In this document: piece after piece, positions 24,561-38,277 of the stretch
Numbering within the stretch: the stretch's first letter is position 1
Layout: each line of letters opens with the position of its first letter
Assembly: GCA_951406725.2 (NCBI GenBank)
Contig: OX597825.1
Coordinates: 52,390,001-52,454,000 of the forward strand
Direction: 5' to 3'
Source: Octopus vulgaris
Taxonomy: Eukaryota
DNA length: 64,000 nucleotides
Program-made: the position numbers and the translations under genes
The notes under the pieces: generated by a model
The model's input: only the letters and a program-made list of their open reading frames with translations
What the model was told of the DNA's origin: nothing
The model's database searches: none

Positions 24561-26258
24561 TATGAAATCTACCTTCTGTGATATCCTACCTGTGATTCCA
24601 CTACACCGTTTGTGTCTACACAGAACACAATATATAAAATTTGTACAAACATCTTTTCTATAAAAGGAACGTAACTATTTTCCTCTTCCTTCCTTCCTAA
24701 AATTTTACTTTCAGGTCTTTCATTTTCAAATGGAATTGGAGAACCTTAAGACTATTTCCATGGCTGGAATTTTTGCTACAATTCCTCTACAAATATTTCT
24801 ATACGAGTTAATTCATCAGCATACAGGAATTCCCATCATCATTTTAATGTCCCCTTTTCTATACTTGCATGGAAAATTGAATATCAAAACGATGATGATG
24901 TGGATGATTATTATATATTTAATAATTCAGGTGTATATGTGTGGGCTATATATTTAATGATAGATTTATATGTTTCTACATCAGTATACATATCTGTGTG
25001 AGTGTGTGTACCTATGTGCCTTTTGCAGCTATTTTATAGATAGAGATCCCTTTTCTTAATATTGACCCTGTTTCTATGGAGGTTAAGCTGTAATGCCGTA
25101 AGCCTTCTACTGCGTCCAATTACTGTACAGTAGTATACTTAATTATAGCAACTGTCCATATCTATCCTGGCACAAGTAATATCTTGAAAAGCAGTGTGTG
25201 CTGGGAATCTATATAACCATTGTGATTTTAATCAGGTCTTTATTGTTCAACTTCAAACAGGAGTAATGGCAAGATATGACAACAGACAAATGATTGAAAC
25301 CACTTCTCTTCTATCAATCACTCTTTCATTTCTTTTCTTCAATGCTTTACATGAACCTTATTCTATTGACCAGCCACATCTAATCCATCTCACAGGCCGG
25401 AAGTAACTTTCCATTCTTGATAATGGGTTGATAATGATAATTTTTCAGCGTGGAAGATTTTCTATAGAAAATTATTTCTCTCGTGTGCTGCATAGATATT
25501 CTTTCAGGTTCGTTCGTTGTATCCTCATCTAACAGAAAAAAAAGAGGAGGGGAAAGAAAACGGTGGAGTGGGGGAGGATTACAGAAATGGTGTAAATCAA
25601 ATTCCCATCTTCTGTTCATTGCAAAATCCTGTGGGAGGGCTGCCATTTTGAAATATGAATTCAAGGTAATAAGAGGGGACAGTTGTAATGAATCCCATAG
25701 TTAGAGGGAGAATAATTAGGAAATGGTTTCTTCCCATTTTAATTCAAGTGTCAGTCTTGGAGGAAATTATGATTTATGTATTAAATAAAGCTCATTTATT
25801 AATTAAAAATGTTCAAAACCATTTCTAACCAGTTGCCAGTGACTTCTATGATACTGGGATCTTAACTACAAGTGTTTAATATAGCCAGATCAATGCATAA
25901 AAATTGACACCGCACCTCATATTTATTACCAAACCAAACCAAACTAAAATTTCCATTTTGTGAGGTAGTGGCCAGCAATGGAGTGTTCTTTGTCAGAAAA
26001 AATTAATGGTATTATTCTGATACAATTATTTACAATTCATGTTCATGGATCTAGGACTTGTGATTTAGTGATAACAAATCTCTTCAATATATAATGAGAT
26101 TATGAAGGATTAAGGCTAAATAAAAGATTAGGTTACTACAACTCTGTTGTCCAGGTTTCAACCCCATATTGTTTCCAGTATTTACATGACCACAAGAAAT
26201 CTTTCAATTGCATGCATCATTGTTAGAGTGATGGATTTACAGAACCATTTTGATTGAA

Positions 26259-26490
26259 GGCACTGAGCTGGCAGAAACGTTAGCACGCAGGGCGAAATGC
26301 TTAGCAGTATTTTGTCTGCTGCTACGTTCTGAGTTTAAATTCCGCCGCGGTTGACTTTGCCTTTCATCCTTTCGGGGTCGATAAATTAAGTACCAGCTGC
26401 ACACTGGGGTCGATGTAATCAACTTAATCCGTTTGTCTGTCCTTGTTTGTACCCTCTGTGTGCAGCCCCTTGTGGGTAGTAAAGAAATAA
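26259..26490 (+). mobile_element. tRNA-derived SINE family B (MESC/Meta-like core); other copies at ~22560-22750, 36600-36805, 46225-46435, 48250-48450, 50385-50595(-), 51674-51900(-)
   Basis: A/B-box-like head (gagctggcagaaacgttagc...gagtttaaattcc), core gcctttcatcctttcggggtcgataaattaagtacc, A-rich tail; multicopy in the window. Confidence 0.85.
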
Positions 26491-27640
26491 GAATCATTTG
26501 CACATTGAAAATGATGTTATGAAGTATTTGCTTTGGTTCTTTGTGTTCTGTGCTCAAATCTTGCTGAGCTCAACATTACATATTATCCTTTTGAGGTTGG
26601 TAATATAAAGTAGCAGTCACATACTGGGGTTTGGGTATTGACTAACCCCGCCCCTCAAAATTGCTAGCCTTGTGCCTAAATTGGAGGCAATTATCATTTG
26701 TGTCACATAAGTTGCTCAGAGTACTTATTCTGGGATTTTACATTCTGTGTTCATGTGTGGCTGTGTGATATTGCTTCCCAACCACATGGCTTTGGGGGTT
26801 CAATCCCACTGATTGGCACCTTGGAAACATGTCTTCTGCTATAGTTTTAGGCTGACCAATGTGACTGGAAACTGAAAGAAGCCTGTTGTATGTGTATGTG
26901 CATGTGTTACTGTCTCCTTACCTTGACATCATGCTATAGTTGTAAACGTGTGTCACTATCATGCAAGCAGCATCCTTCATTTCTTGCCTTCTGCAAAAAC
27001 ATGTCTGGTCACAGGGAAGCAAGTGAGGATTGGCAAAAGGAAGGGCATCTGGCCATAGAAATTCTGCCTCAACAGAATAATGTAAGCATGAAAAAGTAGA
27101 TGTTAAAACAATGATAAAGATGAGTTCAAATCCATCAAGATCTAATTTGGTTTTCATCTTTTTGAAATCAATGAAATAAGGACCAGAGAAGTACTAAGGT
27201 CAGTTTTGATCAATTAACTCCTTTCTCTTTAAAATTGTTGACTTTGTGCCTAAAGTAAAAAAAGCTACTAAAGACAGTAGACTGAAAGAATTATCAGTGT
27301 TGGTCAAAATGGCTTGCAATGTTTGTTCCCACTCATTTTTGCTATGGATTCACATCCTGTTTAAGTATATTTGCTTTTTATCCCCTCTGAGTCAATGAAA
27401 TAAAGCAATAATCAACTATTGAGTTTGAAGGTCTTGACTTAGCCCCTCTTTTCTTATTTTCCCTGCAACATACTCTTATGTAACCCCCCCATCCCACATA
27501 GGTTGTAATCTGTCCTTGTAAAATCCCTCTCAATGGACATCCATACCAACCAACTATCATTTCTGTGCAATTCAGCTAAATGTGTACTTGTACTCCACTA
27601 CATACAACATAATTTATTTCTCTACAGCATCCACAGGTAT

Positions 27641-27908
27641 CTCTCTTTCTCTTTGCCCTTTTTAAACCCTAGCTAGCTGTTCCCCCTAGCTGGACAGGAT
27701 GCCAGTCCATCGCAGCATTACTCAAGAAACAGGAAGAGAGAGGAAGTTGTGACGAAAGAGTACAACAGCCCCCCCCCCCCTGCCAGAGCCTCATGGAGCT
27801 TTAGCTGTTTTCGCTCAATAAACACACACAACGCCCGGTCTGGGAATTGAAACTGCGATCCTCCGACCGTGAGTCCGCTGCCCTAACCACTGGGCCATTG
27901 TGCCTCCA
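27641..27908 (-). mobile_element. tRNA-derived SINE with a V-SINE-like internal motif
   Basis: Minus head tggcccagtggttagggcagcggactcacg...gtttcaattccc; internal gcgatggactggcatcctgtccag; ccacaggtat repeated at both flanks. Confidence 0.7.
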
Positions 27909-28237
27909 CAGCCACAGGTATTCCAAACTGAATTTTTTTTTTATAATTCTCACAAGTAATGCACAGTTCACTATGTATGTGTATGCATGCAGGTATCTTT
28001 CATCTTTTATCTCCTACTTGTTTCAGTCATTGCACTGTGGCCATGGTGGAGCACCACCTTAATAATTTTTTCATCTAATGTATCAACTCCAGTACTTATT
28101 ATTTTAAAGCTTGGAATTTAGTCTGTCAGACACTTTTGCCAAACTGCTAAGTTACTGGGATGTAAACACACCAATACCAGTTATCAAGTGGTAGTGGGGG
28201 ACAAACACAGACACACACATACATACATAGATAAATA

Positions 28238-29412
28238 CTAGCAGTATCGCCCGGCGTTGCTCAGGTTGTAAGGGAAATAACTAAATAAGCATTTTTAGAG
28301 AGTTATAGCCAAAAAATAGCAAAAAAAATGCATTAAAAATTGAAAAAAAATTAAGGTAAATTTTTTTTAAATCGTTGACACATCGTAGATATTTTTAGAG
28401 AGTTACTTCCCTTATATAAAAGCGAAAAAAAATGCATTAAAATGGAAAAATATGATGGTAAATTTTTAAAAAATCGTAGACTCATCGTAGACGCGCGCTA
28501 ATACCCAGAAGGGCTCGATATGAATCACGACTATAAGATACCCGCTTTTGGTTAAACTGCACCGCAAAATGTGGGAGTAATTACGAATGTAAATCGAAGG
28601 GGACAGACACACAACTTCACTCTTATATAAAGATGCTTTTTTTTTCAGTCATAGAGTTAGATTTATGAAGGTCTTCAGTAGAAAATCCTTCGAATTCTGA
28701 CTCGCTGCTTGATATAATGAAATTCGTATCCATTTTTTGTCAGAATTACAAATTTTGAAAACACAATAGGAACAAATTTCGGAAAAAAATCAACCCATAA
28801 TTCACGGAATTAAAATTACACTTCGATTTTTGTACAAAACTGTATTTGAAGTGTTTACGAAGTATAATACGTGTTTTCACGAATGTACTAAAGAGATTTA
28901 CTCTGATATTCTCATTTAATTATGAATAGGTAAATTCGGGCGGTTTGGTAATGAAAGGGTTTATATAAGTGTCGTCTGTTTATACATAAACACTGTTTCA
29001 TAGTTTCAGTTTAGTCTTCCTCAAATCACTGTCGCTAATTTACTCTCTTCCAAGAACATTTTCACTCACTGTTATCTGTTAGCTTGCCATACATTTTACT
29101 CATGTATCTATCAGCGTGATAGACAGAAACAAATATTACATTTACTTTCATTTTATTCGTTGCCCACTGTGTGTGTGCGTTTGCGTGTGGTGTAAACCAG
29201 ACTAAGAAAAGCATTTGACACACACACCAGAATGTGAGTTTTCTGTAAATTTTGCTTAATTGGAGTTTAAATTTTAAAAACTGGACCTGGCATGACGCGA
29301 TGCATTGTACTCTTAAAACTGCTAGGTAAATTGTAATTGAAGAAATCCTATATTGTAGATTTGTATAACTCCCAAAGGGAGGCAGATAAAATCTGCCTTT
29401 TATAATAAGAGA
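28238..29412 (-). mobile_element. Non-autonomous Helitron nested in a family A SINE
   Basis: Minus: A|TCTCTTATTATA at the 5' end (29412); subterminal hairpin cctgagcaacgccggg then CTAG|T (28238); SINE halves at ~28000-28237 and 29413-29585. Confidence 0.82.
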
Positions 29413-32400
29413 TATACATACATACAACAAACTTTTTTCAGTTTCCATCTACCAAATCCACTTGCAATGCTTTGATTTGCCTAAGGCTATAGTACAAGGC
29501 ACTTGCCCAAGGTGTCATGCAGTGGGACTGAACCTAGAACCATTTGGTTGCTTGGGAAGCTAAGTTCTTACCACGAGCCACACCTTGGCAAAGTGAAAGA
29601 AACTTGAGAGTTTCTTGTACTCCAGTTGGATGAGTTTATGATCATTGAATGAAATAAAATGTGGTATATAGACATAAGACATAAGAGGAAGTAGTTGTTC
29701 TTTTAGTAACTGATAGACAATTACATTAACTCAATGCAGGTGCAATATGTAAAGTAGATGATGATATCAGTGAAGCAGAAGCTGTTGTAGTAGAATATTC
29801 AAAGAGTAAAGCAGAGGCTATTGCTGTAGAACTTTCAAATCTGGTTCACAAGTTTAATGCTTATCACTTGAAAGATGTTGTTTTATATTGTTGATAATTT
29901 TGCTATGTTTTGAAATATTTTTAAAATATTAGTAAGCAATAAGGTATGGAATTTAAGCAGTAACTTGTAAATAACTGTTTCTATTCCAGCATCATCTATC
30001 TTCAAATTCTATTGGGATTTGAATTCAGCAATCAGCAATACTCTGTCATTAATACATAGAGATTACCCATGGGGAATACAGGTTATGTCAACATTGGTTA
30101 GAATGTTTTTTGTTTTTCATAAGAATAACATTAATTAGAAAACAAGGCATAAGTATTATTTTAATTTGGATTTCAAAAAATATTTATCTTTTGATTATTA
30201 CAATTATGATGTTGGCTTACAATCATAATTTTTTTTTTTTTTGCCACAGTTTCACTTCTCTGAGTTCACATCCAACGATCATTAATTTGGATTGCTAAAA
30301 TAAAGGAACCAGATGAGGAAATCAAAACATTTTCCCTCATCAACCTTATGACCCACTCCTAATGGGAAAAATTTATATATAAGAAAAATAGTCATTTTAA
30401 TCTAATATACATGATATGTGAGTGATATTTGCTTAGGTAGTTGATCAAACAGTAAGGAGTAAGCCATATGAAGATGTAGTTAACCTTTATTTAGCTGGCT
30501 GTACATTTAGTTTAGCCCCAGCCCCAATTAAGCTGGCTTATATGATCAGAGACATTCGAACAGTGGTTTTCTTGACTTTATAGTTCAGACACTACTCAGT
30601 TGGATGTGATTTAAGCTGTTATTTCTAGATCAGATAGCTATGTAGAAGCTCTCTTATGTACTCATGGTTAATTGTATGTGGTGCAGTGTGGCAGACTGAA
30701 CATGTTAACATGTGGCTTTTAAATCACATATAATAATATGTATCATTGGACATACAAACAAGACAATTGCTACTTACCCATTACATTGATTAACAAGAAA
30801 GTTGCTCTCTCATATAATGTACTCTGTTATAATAAACCACTGTCTCATGCCAACCACCACAGCTCACCACTCCAGTCTCTAATTTCTCACAGTTTAAATA
30901 TTTCCCAAAGACAGAAGAAACATTTAAGCTGAATAGGAAAGAGAAATATGAAATCAAATGCCCGATAATAATAACAATAATGATAATAATAATAATAATG
31001 ACACTTTACTGAATGTCATTAACAGGAAACGGAACATGTACATTCAATGAGAATTTCATATTTCAATTATGTCCATAGGAGGCTTTTGATGTTATTTAAA
31101 AGTCGCCATCACTGCCATAAAACAAGCACTATGGACTCATTAGAAGTTATTTGTTGAACACAAGCAGCATCTAATGAATTGACAACAGGCAGCAGCAACA
31201 GCAGCAGTTAACACTGCTGTTAAACAGATTTGAAGCTATTTTCTCCGTAAACTTATTCACTAATCTCCTGTCGCCAATTGCCACAGACATCTTCATAAGT
31301 TTGAGATCAAGTAGTTACATTGTAAGATGCTTTCAATAGGAGGCTTAAACATAGTCTACTATTACTGAAGAATATTCAGCTATTCACTATTTAATTTACA
31401 TATTGAATGATTTATTGTTTAGTTTTGTTTTTTTACGATTACACATAGTGTATTTAGTACCTAAAAATAAATACATAAATTACAAAACAACCTGAATTAT
31501 TTAGTGATTCATTTGTGCAGGAATATATAATGAGAGAATTGTATCAGATAAAGAATAAATATATATTTTCACAATCAACTGATAATGATGTGAATCTTGA
31601 AGAGACATAAAGGAGAGGGGTCATTAATCTATTCCTTTGCTATGGAGTTACAAGACACAAACATTTCATAAATCTATTTTGTATGAAAATCGTAAATACA
31701 AGTTCTTCAAGTGCCTGGGGAGACAACATATTTAACAATTCTAGAATTTTTATCCCCCCCAAAAAACAGTTCACTCATACTCTGTTGACTAAACTAGAAT
31801 ATGTTACTATAGCAATAATGAAATTGTTCTTTCATATTTGCTAAATTAAGCTCACTCTGGTAGTTAAATCAATGACTATCAGATGCTACAGTACATTTTA
31901 GAGATGATCCACTCCTTCTTTACACTCCTTCTTTACACCCTTCTTTAGAATTTACCACTACCGTCCCCATTACTGTTGTTATCTTACTTAATATCTCTGC
32001 TGCTATTGATAGTCTCCAATTTTTTTTTATTTCTTACCTCTTACCATCTTGCATTCATTGCCATCCAGTTCTTTGACTATCTCAACTGTAAACTCTTGTT
32101 TCTACTCCAAATCTGAGGAAATGAAGCATTTCTTCCTCACACAGAAATACTCTGTCATCTTAGTCAACATGCTCACACTCTAGCAATGTTATCAACACAA
32201 CCTCTGAATTCTGTTATCAGAGACTTGTTTATTTGTCATGTCTCTTTAACAAACTGCCTTATGTGGCTGCCATTTCTTTCCTTGGACCACATAACATCTC
32301 TTACCTTTTCCAAATCCTCGATTCTATTCAAACTCAGAACCATGTCACCAATGCATTCAGTAAAAGAATTCTCTTACTTCTACTCTTACACTTCTTATTC

Positions 32401-32868
32401 TTAGTTCGATAACTTCATTCTTATCATTCAATTCTTCTCTTACCTCAATTCTTCTCTTACCTCATATTCTCCCACTTCTCTGTCTTTTTATATTTCTTTC
32501 TTTCTCTCTTTCTCTCACACTCAGTCGCTCTCTCTCTCTTGCTCTTTCTCATCTTGTCTCTCTTTCATACAACTTCTTGTCTAAGTATGGAGTATATTGT
32601 TTTATTTTCCCAATTAGTTGTGGCCAGTTTCTCAGGCATAGAAATGTAAAATTCTCCTTTCTTTCTCTTATTTTCGTCTTATCATTTTTGCATCAAAGAA
32701 GGACTATGTCTGAAAGATTGGAAGCTCTACTCCACATAGCAACTTCAGGATAACTTTTCATTCCCATTTCTCACCCAGACTCCAGCCACCAGTTACTTAC
32801 ATTCTGTTTAATCTAACAGAGAGAGAAAGACACACAAACACATTAAACTTTTCTTATATCTGAAGTTA

Positions 32869-32869
<1 letters not shown>

Positions 32870-32947
<78 letters not shown>

Positions 32948-32962
32948 ATATATATATATATA
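32870..32962. repeat. (TATC)n/(TA)n microsatellite
   Basis: Visible directly. Confidence 0.95.
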
Positions 32963-35900
32963 CCTATAATATATAAGATGTGTGCATGTGTGTGTGTATG
33001 CAACTAACCATTAGGTTGATGCCATGTAAAATCAATATTTTCATCTGATTTCGTTCACGCATGACAAATACATCACTTATGTTCCACAGGTGGTTCTACA
33101 TTCTTTAGAATTTTCACTTTTGGAGTAATATGGAGTAATGGGGCTTCTAGAGAAAGAGTTAGAAAAACCTCCATTTCTGATGTATAGTGACTATTGTGGA
33201 CAAGGGAGTAACATTCAGAAATTGATTGTCTCCCTAACATTTGTCTCCCTACACTTTTTTGGTTGACAATCAGTGGTTGTACCCCACAACAAGATGCTCT
33301 GCAAAACATTTCATGCACACATCAACTTAGAATTCTGTAATTCTGTCAAATCCAGGTGTTATATATGCAAGTACATTACCAAAGGATTGAATAGAGCAGT
33401 TTTTAAATAAAATCTACACGATCAACAGATTTTACAAGTGATGAAGTGACTCTTTTCGAAACTGGACGCTGCATATCCACCAATGAAGCCATATGGAGAA
33501 CCTTAGGATTTCCAATTCATGAACAATACCTTCCTATGATTCGTCTCAGCCCTCATTTGGAAAATAGACAGTGAATTTACTTCATAGAAGACAACCTCAT
33601 TCAAGAAGCAGCTGCCCCACCAAAGACCACTCTCACAGCCTTCTTTCACCTATGCAAAGTCTATTTTGTACCCTGAAGTGCCACATTATTATACATGGAA
33701 TCAGTTCGTAAACAAAGCTGGTCTACACAGTTGGATCCAGCCATGTATAAAGGCAACATAGTTGGACACATCTACCCCTTGAATTCCGAATGCTTCCATC
33801 TGTGGCTCTTACTGTATGTCATTAAGGGACCAACCTCCTTCAACGACCTTTGCACAGTGGACAACCACTTATGTGACACTTCCAAAATTGCCTGCTCCAC
33901 GCAGAGACTTTTGGATACAAATAATCAATATGATAATGCACTTGAAGAGGTCTCTCTGTGTCATTCTTCACACAAGCTCCAGCACCTTTTTGCAATAATG
34001 CTGGTTTTCTGCAGCCTGACGGATGGATATTCACTTTGGAATTAATACAAAGACTCAATGTGCTTTAACATTTTGCTGCAGATTCACAAAATCACAGGTA
34101 GCATTGACACTCCCACTACCCCTGCCGTTTACAACAGAGGGCTTCTTCTCTTGGAAGACTTGGTTATGGCAATTGGAATCAATGACTGGATGCTTATTCT
34201 CTCAATACTCCAGACAGAAATGAAGACGCCTGTCCCAACTGCCTCATTCTCAGAGAAACATCCTACAGCATCCTCAAACTCAAGCAGTACATTGCTGACA
34301 ATAAGCCCCTTCTGAATTCTGATCAAGCTGACATATACAATTTTGTCCTTGGAAACATCTACACATGCACTGGCAGAATTGTCTCCTTAGATGCACCCAG
34401 TGGAACTGGAAAAACATTCCTCTTGAATCTTCTTGTAAAGTTGCGGTATAGTGATGACCTTGCTATTACTGTTGCCTCCTCAGGAATAGCTTCATCTCTT
34501 TCCAATGGTTGATGAACAGCACACTCTACCTTCGAATTGCCTTTTAATGTAGCAAGTCAAGAAAATCCAACATGCCACATAATAAATTCATCAGACAAAG
34601 AGACAATTTTGAAGAAATGCAAACTCATTGTTTGGGATGAAGCAACTATGGCCTATAAATGTTCTCTACAAGCACTTCATACCAATACAAGCACTCATTA
34701 CAATGAGAGACCTTATATCGAATAACAACATCCTTGGAGGTGTAGCTGTACTTGCAGGAGATTTTCGACAAACTCTGCCTTTTATACCCAAAGGAGCATC
34801 TGCTGATGAACTTAATGCCTGCCTTAAAAAATCTCACACCTTTGGTCGCATGTTCAATCAAAACAACTCACCATCAATATGAAATCACTCATACAGACTG
34901 GTCAGCCTACAACCCAGTTTTCAGAAATGCTCCTTAAAATTAGCAATGAACAAATTGTGTCCCACATCTATGGATACATTGACCACCATTGGCCACACTA
35001 TCTCCAGCCCTGATGACTTATGATCTGCCATTTACCCAAATCTTACAACAGAATATATAAAACCTGATTGGCTTCATGACACTACAGACATTCTTAACTA
35101 CAACTTACTCAGTCAGCTACCTTCTCAAGAACGTTGCTACAGAGAGCAGTTGACACCATTACCGGCCTCGATCAGGTTACATGGTTTCCAACAGGATATC
35201 TCAACAGGATATCTCCCCATAAACTTCACTTAAAAGTCGGCTGCTCTTTCATCCTCCTACATAATCTAAATACACCCACACTATACAATGGAACTCACGT
35301 TGTGGTTAAGCAAATGATGGACCATGTCATTGAAGTCCAAATTATCATGGGATATGGCAAAAATGATACTGTTTTCATCTCAAAAATTCCACTTACCCCA
35401 ACAAACTTCTTCTACCCTATGCTGAGACTTCAGTTCCCTCTCAAACTTAGCTTTGCCATGACACTTAACAAAGCACAAAGTCAGTTGCTGAAAGTTGTCG
35501 GATTGGACCTTCAAACATCAAACTTTTCACATGGGCAGTTCTACATCGGTTGTTTCAGAACTTATTCATCTATGCTCCTGAAGGAAAAACCAAAAATGTC
35601 TACAAAGCAGCCCTACAGTAGTTATTCCTCTATTGCAATCTTCAGATGTATGTCAAACTGTAGCTGTTAGCATTCAGACTTCCTACAAGCATTTCATTGA
35701 TATTTTGCTTCAGTTCTCTGATTGCTGTTAACAGTACATTATTTTCAATGACCCTTCTTACTTCATGCATGCTGTTTGCTCATAAGCATACTCTGACATT
35801 TATTGTTGTACATGTCATTATTCTATTTGTGTGTTTGTTATAAATGTTTGCTTTTCTTTATCATACATGACTTTCATTGAAAAAAGCTTCAATGCAGTTG

Positions 35901-36199
35901 TGTCAGGCATTACAAGAAAAATAAGTACAGGATACAAAACACTTCAAGTAAGATATACTGCAAATGCGATCTCATTTCATGGACTTTCATTTGTTACTAA
36001 CTGCCAAATTTGTGTTCAAAAAAATTTATTCATTACCTAAGTTGCTTAATACCATATCATAAACTGCTAACAAAAATGGTAATTATACATTTTATGCTCA
36101 TCGACTTGAAACAACTTCTAACTGCTGGCTAATTCAACTTAAATCATCCACTTAAACCATTATAATAAATTACACTCTCCAAAGGACAGGTGCATTTAC

Positions 36200-36202
<3 letters not shown>
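32963..36202 (+). mobile_element. Internally deleted Helitron with Rep/PIF1-helicase pseudogene
   Basis: Fragments HINLEFCNSVKS, YITKG, ISTNEAIWR, LLLYVIKGPTSFNDL, DAPSGTGKTFLL (Walker A), IVWDEATM, LAGDFRQTLP, RLQFPLKLSFAMTLNKAQ, FSHGQFY; 5' (C)CTATAATATATAAGA; 3' CTAG|T at 36199-36203. Confidence 0.88.
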
Positions 36203-36253
<51 letters not shown>

Positions 36254-36449
36254 GGGTTTGTATGATTGTGTATAGAGGGATATATATTATTCAAAGGAAT
36301 TCCAACTCTGTCTGTTTTATTTATATTCTTTATAATATTAATGTGGAATATCGAATATGTAGTATAAATAATATATATATATATAGTAAAATGAAATGAA
36401 GTATTGATCGTCTTATTGATTAGATGAAATACTGAATATCAAATATTAA

Positions 36450-36493
36450 GGGACTAGTATACTTTCTTGCATTTAAGCAGTCTTCAAGGTCCC
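36450..36493 (-). ncRNA. Hammerhead-like motif in a (TA)n-flanked non-coding insert (~36251-36520)
   Basis: Minus: gggac CTTGAAGA ctgc ttaaat gcaa GAAA GTATAC TA| gtccc; 5-bp stem I, palindromic stem III, core has one extra T. Confidence 0.6.
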
Positions 36494-36889
36494 AGGTTGT
36501 GACAGGAATGCTTCAACTGTATATGTATACATACGTACATACATACATATATATATATATATATACATGTGTATGTATATGTATATAAACCATTCAACAT
36601 GAAACAGAAGAATTGTTAGCATGCTGGGCAAAATGCATAGTGACATTTCGTCCATCTTCATGTTCTTAATTCAAATTTTGCTGAGGTCAACTTTGCCTTT
36701 CATCCTTTCAGGGTTGATAAAATAAGTACCAGTTAAACATTAGAAATAGATGTAATTGACTTACCCTCCCCCAAACTTGCTAACCTTTTGCCAAAAAATT
36801 GAAATCAGTGTTTTTAGAAATCAGTGAGTTTTGGTATGTATGCATGCATTTGTATAGGTGTGTGTGTGTGTCTATGAGTGTGTGCGTGT

Positions 36890-36952
<63 letters not shown>

Positions 36953-36961
36953 TGTCTGTGT

Positions 36962-37400
36962 ATTAGAGGTACCAAAAAATAATGTCACATATATAATGAG
37001 TTCAAATCATCAGAAAACATCATAAATATATTTATTCATGGAAATTATACTGGTCATAATTAGCAATGACATTTTCCCATTTTAAAACTAGCTTTCTGAT
37101 TCCTGGGCAAAAAGAATCATGTTTGGAGAGCCATTTTGGCATTCTCCCTTCTTCTGAATGTTTTCCACTAGTAGAATGTTCAAGTTACCTGAATAACTGA
37201 CAAGCTGATGCTGCGGGGTCCACCATGTAGGGAGGGTGGGGTAGAGCTTCACAACTAATGAATTTATCTTTCCTTGAGTTATTTTTTAGGAATATAGCCT
37301 TGCATTACCAAGTTGCATGATGAGGTACCCATTTGCCTTCTCTATATACTTCTATTGTCTTTCCCAATCTACTTAAGATGATTTTGTAAGGTGGGCCAAG
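36962..37400 (-). pseudogene. Mariner-like transposase C-terminal remnant
   Basis: Minus translation with a frameshift gives FFA(Q)GIRKLVLKWENVI, like the mariner GI.KL..RW.K.I motif. Confidence 0.45.
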
Positions 37401-38230
37401 GTTTATTAAGTCTTTAGTTATAAGTCCTCAACATGTTGGTGCAGATCCTCTTTAATTGCCATTTATGCTGTGTAATTATTGAAAATAGTTGATCTTCTTG
37501 ATTGATATCTATCAAAAAGATTAAAATCACCATTTTTGAATTTGTTGGCATTTCTGAATACTCACACCAATAGGATAAGATGTCCATGTATTTTCCTTTG
37601 CATGTGTTGCATATTGCTGACCTCATTAAATTTGTAAATGATGCCATGCAGAATATGCATTTCACTAAAGTCCTTGTTTTCCATGGACTAACTGATAGAG
37701 CATATACGCATAGCACATGTTCACATTAATGATCGGTCATTAAATTTAGGCTGGTTGGTTGATTTCAAGGATACATTTATTGGCTTGTAAACTATTTGGG
37801 TTATGACATAAGACTATTTACTTGAAAATTCCTAAACCTAACAAAAGCTAAATTTCTGAAGGACGTTGTGTCCTGTATTTGAGACATCGATTCACACCTT
37901 TACTTTCGTGCTTCAGTGTACCCTAAGTAATAGTAAAATTCCCATGTCAAGCCAAAATAAATCTCCTCACTGTAACTTTTTCCAGTCTACACACTACAGA
38001 CACATACTTTATTCTTTTACTCAATCACCCCTTTCTACACAATTCCATGTCTACTTACACCATGCCTAATTACAATTTACATAGTTCCAGCTAACATCCA
38101 CAAAATCAACTTACCAAAGTTTATATAAAACCAGAAATAATCCAAGTAAAGTACAATCTGCTAAAGGTGAGCTAACTGAAATCCTAAAGTCGCTGTCAAC
38201 TATTTCCTTATAAAACATACAAACACACAC

Positions 38231-38277
<47 letters not shown>

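Noticed and set aside
27830-27908. tRNA-like sequences (also ~40110-40175 and ~60065-60125) as tRNA genes
   Set aside because: No complete cloverleaf, and they continue into SINE bodies; treated as SINE heads
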